From Polyangiales bacterium (GTDB lineage: Bacteria; Myxococcota_A; Polyangia; Polyangiales; Polyangiaceae): a stretch of 33,260 nucleotides of DNA. Below the pieces are notes generated by a model that saw only the letters and a list, made by a program, of their open reading frames with translations, was not told the DNA's origin and did no database searches. Location: positions 1-33,260 of the forward strand of contig JBBRNJ010000089.1 of NCBI GenBank assembly GCA_038230375.1, in the 5' to 3' direction. Of this stretch, positions 26,294 through 33,260 are shown one piece after another. A program made the position numbers and the translations under genes. Positions within the stretch are counted from its first letter, which is position 1. Each line of letters starts with the position of its first letter.

Positions 26294-26368
26294 GCTCGCG
26301 CTGTGACTATTGCGTCTGGTGATATTTCGTGTACGAAGTAATTCGTACTCGAGACCAGAGGTGTCACC

Positions 26369-27538
26369 ATGCCGAGCCCGTTCCGCGAAGAGCACGATCA
26401 CTTCCGCCGCACCGTCCGCCAGTATGTGGAGAAGGAGCTCGCGCCTTTTGCGGACGAGTGGGAGAAGAACGAGCTCTTCCCGAACGAGGTCTTCAAGCGC
26501 GCCGGTGAGCTCGGTCTCTTCGCGGCGCACTACCCGGAGGAGCACGGCGGCGCCGGTGGCGACTACTGGTTCAGCATCGCCAAGGCCGAGGAGCTCCCGC
26601 GTGGCATGTCTGCCGGCGTGTCGATGGGCTTGCTGGTGCAGGGCGACATGGCCACGCCGTGCATCTCGGACCTTGGCACCAAGGAGCAGATCGAAGAGTT
26701 CCTCAAGCCCGCGCTGAGGGGCGAGAAGATCGCGGCGCTCGGCGTGTCCGAGCCCGACGCCGGGAGCGACGTCGCAGGCATCAAGACGTGGGCCAAGCGC
26801 GACGGCGACGACTACATCATCAACGGTTCGAAGACGTACATCACGAACGGCACGCGCGCGGACTTCGTGACGCTGCTGGTGAAGACGAACCCGGAGACGG
26901 GCACGCACGGCTGCAGCTTCTTCCTGGTGCCGACCAAGACCAAGGGCTTCGCCGTCACGGGCAAGCTGAAGAAGATCGGCAATCACGCGAGCGACACCGC
27001 GGAGCTCGCGTTCGAGGACATGCGTATTCCGAAGCGCTACCTGCTTGGCGAAGAGAACCAGGGCTTCATGTACCTGATGCAGAACTTCCAGACGGAGCGC
27101 CTCATCGCGTGCGCGAGCTCCGCCAGCGGCTGCAACATCGCCATCGAACAGGCGATCGCGTTCGGCCGTGAGCGCAAGGCGTTCGGCAAGCCGATCATCA
27201 AGCGCGAGTACTGGCAGCACAAGTTCGTGGACCTGCTCACCAAGCTCGAGGCCGGCCGCGCGCTCACGTACAAGGCCGCCGAGGCCTACAACGAAGAGAA
27301 GCACGTGAAGAAGGGCCCGATCAGCTTCGACACCGTGAAGCTCATCTCGATGGCGAAGATCTTCATGGGCGAGCTGTCGTCCGAGATCATCGACCAGTGC
27401 CTGCAGTTCCACGGCGGCGCTGGCTACATCGAAGAGTACCACATTGCCCGCGCATGGCGTGATCAGCGCCTCATCCGCATCGGCGGCGGCACGACCGAGA
27501 CGATGCGCTACTACGTTGCCAAGCTGCTCGGACTGTAA
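26369..27538 (+). CDS. Acyl-CoA dehydrogenase (LCAD/AtuD-like)
   Basis: SEPDAGSDVAG, NGSKTYITNG, DTAELAFED, QFHGGAGY, IGGGTTE. Confidence 0.95.
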   Translation: MPSPFREEHDHFRRTVRQYVEKELAPFADEWEKNELFPNEVFKRAGELGLFAAHYPEEHGGAGGDYWFSIAKAEELPRGMSAGVSMGLLVQGDMATPCISDLGTKEQIEEFLKPALRGEKIAALGVSEPDAGSDVAGIKTWAKRDGDDYIINGSKTYITNGTRADFVTLLVKTNPETGTHGCSFFLVPTKTKGFAVTGKLKKIGNHASDTAELAFEDMRIPKRYLLGEENQGFMYLMQNFQTERLIACASSASGCNIAIEQAIAFGRERKAFGKPIIKREYWQHKFVDLLTKLEAGRALTYKAAEAYNEEKHVKKGPISFDTVKLISMAKIFMGELSSEIIDQCLQFHGGAGYIEEYHIARAWRDQRLIRIGGGTTETMRYYVAKLLGL

Positions 27539-27554
27539 CCCGGTAGTTCGGGTT
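27537..27554. terminator. Short hairpin between convergent genes
   Basis: AACCCG-GTAGTT-CGGGTT; no strong U tract. Confidence 0.35.
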
Positions 27555-27556
27555 GG

Positions 27557-28360
27557 TCAGGGGACGTCAACGATGATGTCGTCGAGCTGCACGATCGTGT
27601 CGCTCGTCCCGTTGCCAGTATAGAAATTACCGACCCACAGCTCGAGGGCGCCGAGCGCTTCGGTGAACGTGACCGGGTCGGTCTGGATCGGCTGACCGTC
27701 GCACGTCGCGGTCCACGTGACCTTCAGGTTGTTCGTCGCGAAGGGCTTTGCTGCCGACAGCGTGACCACGGCCTGGTGCCAGCCTTCGTCGCTGATGGCG
27801 GTCGGGTGCTTGGTGTCGGCAGTTGCCCCGACGGAGTTGTGGTACGTCGAGATGCCGAAGATCGACTGACCGTTCTTGTGGCTCGCCTCGAAGGCGACCA
27901 GCACCGCGTAGTCGGTCGTGGTCTTCTCCACGAGGAACGAGAACGTGAGCCGCAGCACCTTGCCGTCCGCGAGCAGCGCGACGTCGAGCGGATAGGACAG
28001 GTACCCATTGTGGTACTTGCTGTCGCTGATCTTGAGCTCCGTCTGCAGCACGTGCCCAGCGCCGCCGCGCGGATCGGGACTGAGCGCGAACGTCATGTCC
28101 GGATCCGCGGTCGCCTCTCTGTGGGTGGCGCCGAACAAGGGTGGTGACTGGGACTCGAAGTCCAGACACAACACGGATGGTCTTGCGCAAGCGCCCGATG
28201 CGGCGGGGACACCGCCATCCCCAGGGCCGTTCGTGATCGGCGCACCACCTTCAGCGACGGTCGTAGCGACGGTGGTGTCGCTCCCCGAGAACGGCGAGCA
28301 CGCCGCTGCCACGCAGAGCACCGAAATGGTCATGAGGGCGTGGGCGCGTGAGGACTTCAC
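27557..28360 (-). CDS. Hypothetical lipoprotein, beta-sandwich (ConA/LamG-like)
   Basis: Lipobox AAAC; LCLDFE, GWHQAVVTL, VQLDDIIV; start could be 28333. Confidence 0.68.
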   Translation of the reverse strand: MKSSRAHALMTISVLCVAAACSPFSGSDTTVATTVAEGGAPITNGPGDGGVPAASGACARPSVLCLDFESQSPPLFGATHREATADPDMTFALSPDPRGGAGHVLQTELKISDSKYHNGYLSYPLDVALLADGKVLRLTFSFLVEKTTTDYAVLVAFEASHKNGQSIFGISTYHNSVGATADTKHPTAISDEGWHQAVVTLSAAKPFATNNLKVTWTATCDGQPIQTDPVTFTEALGALELWVGNFYTGNGTSDTIVQLDDIIVDVP

Positions 28361-28410
28361 CGACCATCATGTTATCACGCCTTCCACTGCGCTAGGCTGG
28401 GCCGCGTCGC

Positions 28411-29418
28411 ATGGCGCAGCCGTTGAAAGTCGCGATCGTCGGGACCGGCAACGCCGCCGACCTGCTCCTCGGGCCCGCCCTCCGAGCCGTTCCCAATGTG
28501 GAGCTGCACAGCGTGGTGTCGCGCGACATCGAGCGCGCGGAGCATTTTGCCCTTGTCCACGGCGCATCCGCGGCGCACAGCGCCTTCGACGATGCAGAGG
28601 AGTGCTTCGCCGACCCCGCGCTGGATGCGGTGATCATCGCCACACCGGACGCGACGCACGCTGCGATCGCGATCGCAGCGGCGAAGGCAAAGAAGCACGT
28701 CTTCTGCGAGAAGCCCATCGCTACGACAGCACTGGACGCACGCGCGATGATCGACGCATGCCGCAGGGCGAAGGTGAAGCTCGCGGTGGGCTATCACCTG
28801 CGCTTCCACGCCGGGCACCGCATGGTGGCAGATCAGCTCGCCGTCGGCGCGCTGGGCAAGCTCTGGCACATGCGCGTGCAGTGGACCTACAACGCGAAGA
28901 CGAACGACAACTGGCGCGCGCAGCGTGACCTCTCGCGCTGGTGGAGCCTTGCAGGTGTCGGAACACACTGCCTTGACATGGCGCGCTGGTGGATGGTCCC
29001 AACGTGCGGCGAGGTCACGCAGGTGCGCGCGATGATCGGCAAGCATCGCTTCGGCGGGCCGAACGACGAGCACGCGCTCGTGCTCCTGCGGTTCGAGTCC
29101 GGCGCAACGGCGGAGATCACGTCCAGCGTGCTCTTCGAGTCGCAGCGGCGCGTGGAGGTCTACGGCGACGACGGCGCGGTCATGTGCGAGAGCACGCTCG
29201 GACCGTATGGCGAAGGCACCATTCGCATGAAGCGCGAGGCGTTGCGCTGGGAGCTCGTGTCGCCGTACGAAGCGGAGCTCGCGAGCTTCGTGCGCTGCAT
29301 TCGCGAGAACCGCGAGCCAGAGGTGAACGGCGAAGAAGCGCTCCGGAACCTGGAGATCTTGCTCCACGCGGGCGAAGCCGAGCACAAGAACGAGGCCGCT
29401 GCAGGCAACCGGCGCTGA
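28411..29418 (+). CDS. Gfo/Idh/MocA family NAD(P)-dependent oxidoreductase
   Basis: IVGTGNAA, DAVIIATP...H, HVFCEKP, GYHLRF, GTHCLD. Confidence 0.93.
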   Translation: MAQPLKVAIVGTGNAADLLLGPALRAVPNVELHSVVSRDIERAEHFALVHGASAAHSAFDDAEECFADPALDAVIIATPDATHAAIAIAAAKAKKHVFCEKPIATTALDARAMIDACRRAKVKLAVGYHLRFHAGHRMVADQLAVGALGKLWHMRVQWTYNAKTNDNWRAQRDLSRWWSLAGVGTHCLDMARWWMVPTCGEVTQVRAMIGKHRFGGPNDEHALVLLRFESGATAEITSSVLFESQRRVEVYGDDGAVMCESTLGPYGEGTIRMKREALRWELVSPYEAELASFVRCIRENREPEVNGEEALRNLEILLHAGEAEHKNEAAAGNRR

Positions 29419-29472
29419 CCACGCGGCACTCTCGACCGCACACGCGCGCGTCGGTGGGATACAACGGAGGGC

Positions 29473-30666
29473 ATGCGAGCGGACCTGGAGTACGTGTGCC
29501 CGGACGAAGTGCAGCGTGATGGCTACGCCGCGATGATCTCTCACGCGTTCGGCTTCCCCACGGCCGATGCGCCTGCATGGTTCGAACGGTCCGGGCACGA
29601 GAACCTCCGCGTGATCCTGCACGACAAGAAGGTGGTGGCCGGGCTCATCATCATCCCGATGGGGCAGTTCTTCGGCGGCGAGAGCATCCCGATGGTCGGC
29701 GTGGCTGGCGTGGGCGTCACGCCGGAGATGCGCGGTCGTGGCGTGGCGAAGTGGATGATGTCCATGTTCTCGGACGAGAGTCGGAAGGCTGGCTTCGCGC
29801 TCTCCTCGCTCTATGGGGCGACCACGCGCCTCTACTCTTCCGTGGGCTACGCGCGCGCGGCGTTGCGCGCACGTTTCGAGATCGACCTCCCCATGCTCGA
29901 GCCGCTGCGCGTACCTCCCGGCACCGTGACCACGCAGGTGGAGGGCGCCACTCCGGAATTGCGTGCATTGTACACGGAATGGGCGCGGAATCATCCTGGT
30001 CATCTGGATCGCGGCCCAGGCTTGTGGAGCCGCGTCGTCTCGCCGCGGATGCAGGCGACAAGGACGTTCCTGGTCCACCAGGAGGGGCGGCTCACCGGCT
30101 ACACCGTGGTCTCGCACAAGATGGAGGGTGACAAGAGCAAGCTCCAGGCGTGGTGCAGCGTGGCGACCACGCGGAACGCCGTCACTGCCCTCCTCTCCAT
30201 CTTCGGGTCGTACGGCTCCGTGGCGCCCACCGTCACGTTGTTCGGCTCGCCCACGCACACGCTGCTGTCCGGTCTCGTGGAGCGTCACCACAAGATCGAT
30301 CTGCCCTGGTACCTGATGACGCGCACGCTGGATGTTTCGCGCGCGCTCACCGCACGTGGCTACCCGCGCTCGGCGGCGTGCGATCTCTCGTTCGCCGTCA
30401 CGCGGACCGCAGCCACGGGCCTACCCGAGCGCGAGGCCGTGCGCCTGGTCACTGCGGGTGGCCGCGCCGAGGTGAGGCCCGCCGAGGAGGCGCGCCTGTC
30501 GGTGACCGAGCGCGCGTTCACGCAGCTCTACACTGGCTTTCGTTCCGCCAGGGAGCTTCACGGCCTGGGTGAGCTCACGCTCGCTTCGCCCGCCGCGCAG
30601 GACGACCTGGACATGCTCGACGAGCTTTTTCGCGGACCATTGCCGACGCTGCCAGACTTCTTCTGA
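29473..30666 (+). CDS. Eis-like GNAT acetyltransferase
   Basis: GVAGVGVTPEMRGRGVA, SSLY, LYSSVGY, SCP2-like C-terminus ending PDFF. Confidence 0.88.
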   Translation: MRADLEYVCPDEVQRDGYAAMISHAFGFPTADAPAWFERSGHENLRVILHDKKVVAGLIIIPMGQFFGGESIPMVGVAGVGVTPEMRGRGVAKWMMSMFSDESRKAGFALSSLYGATTRLYSSVGYARAALRARFEIDLPMLEPLRVPPGTVTTQVEGATPELRALYTEWARNHPGHLDRGPGLWSRVVSPRMQATRTFLVHQEGRLTGYTVVSHKMEGDKSKLQAWCSVATTRNAVTALLSIFGSYGSVAPTVTLFGSPTHTLLSGLVERHHKIDLPWYLMTRTLDVSRALTARGYPRSAACDLSFAVTRTAATGLPEREAVRLVTAGGRAEVRPAEEARLSVTERAFTQLYTGFRSARELHGLGELTLASPAAQDDLDMLDELFRGPLPTLPDFF

Positions 30667-30727
30667 CACTTCTTGCGGCGCTTTTCTCGGGTCGGGGAAT
30701 GGTACGCGATCTGCACCTCGGCCGGGT

Positions 30728-31102
30728 ATGCGAAGGGTGATCATCGCGGCTGTCGTCTGTGTGATCGGGATCTGCACGGGCGCACGTGCCGATGACGGCG
30801 GGACAAGGATGGTGATCAGGAACGACGGGGATCGCCCCGTTCGCGTGCAGGTGGCGCTTGGCCCCGTGCTCCCCTGCGACTCGAAGGACAACACGCTGTT
30901 GCTCGATGCCCATGTCGGCCCGCACGAAACGCGGACGCTGGGCCTTGGCACCGTGTCGCAGGTCTGCGCGCGCGCGACCACTGCGGGCAGCGATATCGAC
31001 TGGAACAGCTCGCGCTGGCTCACGGGCGGCTACCGCTGCCGAAGAGGGAGAGGCTGCGTTCGCGACACGAGCATCGTGATGCAGCTGGACGTCGGCAGAT
31101 AG
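30728..31102 (+). CDS. Small secreted Cys-containing hypothetical protein
   Basis: Signal peptide ending ARA; four Cys in the mature part. Confidence 0.6.
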   Translation: MRRVIIAAVVCVIGICTGARADDGGTRMVIRNDGDRPVRVQVALGPVLPCDSKDNTLLLDAHVGPHETRTLGLGTVSQVCARATTAGSDIDWNSSRWLTGGYRCRRGRGCVRDTSIVMQLDVGR

Positions 31103-31156
31103 GGCGTCGCTGCAAAACGCCGCGCGCTCGACCTCCCGTGGCGGCTTCTTGCCCTC

Positions 31157-31807
31157 TCAGGCGGCGCGGAGCTTGTCCGCCTGGCCCATGCGGTAGAAGC
31201 GGCGCAGCTCCGTGTGCATCTCGCCGAAGCGGCACCGCGCGATGAAATCCCGCTCGAGCCTGCGGACGAACCGGCGCGCGCAGTCGTTGGCGGCGCGGTA
31301 TCGCTGACCTTCGTCGGTATGTGCATGATGCACGTATGTCACGCGCTCGAACAGACGCTCGCGCACGCGCTGGCTGCGCGACTCCGTGAGCTCGCCGACG
31401 GACGCGGACAGGACGACGTACTTGTCGACCTCGGCCTGCACCTCGAGCTCCAGCTGCGTGGTCTCGCGGTGCGCCTCTGCACGGTTCGTGAGGTAGACGA
31501 AGTGGCTCACGCCCTCGATGATCTGACAGAGCGCGTCCAGGCTCTTGCCGTCATCCAGATCGAACGCGCGTGACTGCGAGAGCTCGGGAACGCGCAGAGA
31601 CAGCTCCATTGATTCCTCGCTCTCGCGCACGAGCAAGGCCTCGCGTTCGTCGCCCTCCGCCCTGCGGATGAACGGCGCGAGGTCCATGCCTGCCTCGAGC
31701 TGGTAGAGGCGCTCGAGCGCTGCCTGCACGCGCTTCGCGATCGAGAGCTCCCGCACGAGCGCGATCCCGTTTCCGACAAGCGGGTTGTTGTTCGAGTCGT
31801 GCGTCAA
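31157..31807 (-). CDS. Hypothetical protein with EGVSHFVY...ELEVQAEVDK motif
   Basis: TTG start overlapping the upstream TGA; protein-like composition; start uncertain. Confidence 0.75.
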   Translation of the reverse strand: MTHDSNNNPLVGNGIALVRELSIAKRVQAALERLYQLEAGMDLAPFIRRAEGDEREALLVRESEESMELSLRVPELSQSRAFDLDDGKSLDALCQIIEGVSHFVYLTNRAEAHRETTQLELEVQAEVDKYVVLSASVGELTESRSQRVRERLFERVTYVHHAHTDEGQRYRAANDCARRFVRRLERDFIARCRFGEMHTELRRFYRMGQADKLRAA

Positions 31808-32415
31808 GACGCTGCGCCGCCGTTGCCCCGCGGCGTGACGAAGCCGTGCGAGGACAAGGCATCCGCGAGACGGTCGCTTCGCGTACGCAGCCACCGCTCG
31901 TAGAGCTTCACGAGGTTCTTCGAGCTCTGGATGCCCTGGGCAACGGTGAGGTCGGCGACGTCGGTCAGCACGGCGACGAAGGCGGCAAACTTGGCGGCGA
32001 GCTCGCGGAAGACATCCAGCGTCGACTCGCCACGGGTTGCGGGCGTCACGATGAGGGCGCCTGCGTTCTCGTAGGCAGTAGCCCCCAGGCCGATGATGTA
32101 CTTCGGGTCGACCCCGCGGGCCTCGAAGTGGCCGCCGAAGAATCCGGAGCTATAGAGGATGCCGTCCCCCAGGGAACGAAGTTTCTCGAAGCGTTCTCCA
32201 ACGTTGGGCGTATGCAGGGCCTCGTCGAGGAGGAACGTGAGGGGGCGCTCGAGGGTCTCCTCGGCGCGAGCATCAGGTTTTGCGAAGTCGGAGAGGAGGC
32301 CCACGATGTAGTGGGTGGCAGCCGGGGAGGCCTCTACCCGTCGCGCTTTCATCGCGTCGTCGACCATATCCACGAAGAACTCGCTGACCGAACCCGCCGC
32401 CACGATGTTGCTCAT
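31804..32415 (-). CDS. Hypothetical alpha-helical protein
   Basis: GGGAG RBS; EFF, LGDGILYSSGFF, LYERWLRT. Confidence 0.78.
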   Translation of the reverse strand: MSNIVAAGSVSEFFVDMVDDAMKARRVEASPAATHYIVGLLSDFAKPDARAEETLERPLTFLLDEALHTPNVGERFEKLRSLGDGILYSSGFFGGHFEARGVDPKYIIGLGATAYENAGALIVTPATRGESTLDVFRELAAKFAAFVAVLTDVADLTVAQGIQSSKNLVKLYERWLRTRSDRLADALSSHGFVTPRGNGGAAS

Positions 32416-32629
32416 GACCGTCTCCCGACGCTCCTTGATGCAAGCGTCACATCTCATTAACGAGTACGGCCGCGTTTGGATTAAGGCAATTTCTCGAAGG
32501 ACCCCCGGACGTTGGACGCCGTCTTTCGCGTGGCGCTCGTCGGGTGACGCTGCCAGACGCACGACCGCACAATAATCGCGCGATTCTTCACACGTTTGTC
32601 AGCATCCGGGAAAAAGCGGCCGCTGTCCC

Positions 32630-32657
32630 TTGACGGGCCCAGCCCTGCGATTATCTT
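32630..32657 (+). promoter_or_regulatory. sigma70-type promoter of groESL
   Basis: TTGACG-16 nt-TATCTT just upstream of CIRCE. Confidence 0.6.
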
Positions 32658-32665
32658 CCGCGTCG

Positions 32666-32692
32666 CTAGCACTCACCTCTAGTGAGTGCCAA
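32666..32692 (+). promoter_or_regulatory. CIRCE element (HrcA operator)
   Basis: CTAGCACTC-N9-GAGTGCCAA versus consensus TTAGCACTC-N9-GAGTGCTAA. Confidence 0.92.
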
Positions 32693-32791
32693 CAATCGGC
32701 GTTTGGCGGCTTTGGCCTCTCTTTTGGGGACCAGCCGCCCGCAGAGTTCGGCCGGGCAGAGCGCCCGACCTCAATCAGGAGAAGCACACAC

Positions 32792-33085
32792 ATGGCGAAC
32801 ATCCGTCCCTTGCAAGATCGCGTCATCCTCAAGCGCGTCAAAGAAGAAGAGAAGACCAAGGGTGGCATCATCATCCCCGATACGGCGAAGGAGAAGCCGA
32901 TCGAGGGTGAGGTCGTCGCGGTCGGTTCGGGCAAGGTCCTCGAGGACGGCACCGTTCGCAAGCTCGACGTCAAGGTGGGCGACCGCGTCCTCTTCGGCAA
33001 GTACAGCGGCACCGAAGTGAAGATCGACGGCGAAGAGCGTTTGATCGTCCGCGAAGACGACATCCTCGGCGTCCTCGGCACCTGA
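32792..33085 (+). CDS. groES: Co-chaperonin GroES
   Basis: [41 protein letters not shown]. Confidence 0.98.
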   Translation: MANIRPLQDRVILKRVKEEEKTKGGIIIPDTAKEKPIEGEVVAVGSGKVLEDGTVRKLDVKVGDRVLFGKYSGTEVKIDGEERLIVREDDILGVLGT

Positions 33086-33138
33086 GCGCTGCACCGGGCG
33101 GGTCCCGCCCAACAGAAGATTTTCGATTCAGAATTTAG

Positions 33139-33260
<122 letters not shown>

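Overview
GC-rich chromosomal window, probably from a myxobacterium (Polyangiaceae-like). This is inferred from gene content, codon style and many Ala/Pro-rich lipoproteins. It opens with the 3' end of an rRNA operon (23S tail, 5S, terminator) and ends with CIRCE-groES-groEL. The most striking element is a coupled minus-strand operon (955-7790): GH3 amido synthetase, inositol-3-phosphate synthase, inosose-type DegT aminotransferase, MprF-like flippase domain and POTRA-less Omp85 barrel. It is a candidate pathway for making and exporting an N-acyl-aminoinositol lipid or metabolite. Other notable items: tRNA-Arg(ACG) directly upstream of its editing enzyme TadA; a structured non-coding region behind a sigma54-type promoter; a lipoprotein truncated globin with an altered distal pocket, divergent from a CX5CH cytochrome-like lipoprotein; an Xre-RES toxin-antitoxin pair with operator palindromes and a 255 bp spacer; a truncated PtsP; a receiver fused to a histone H1-like tail; and tandem repeats that duplicate stop codons. 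All family calls come from motif recognition by eye; no searches were run.
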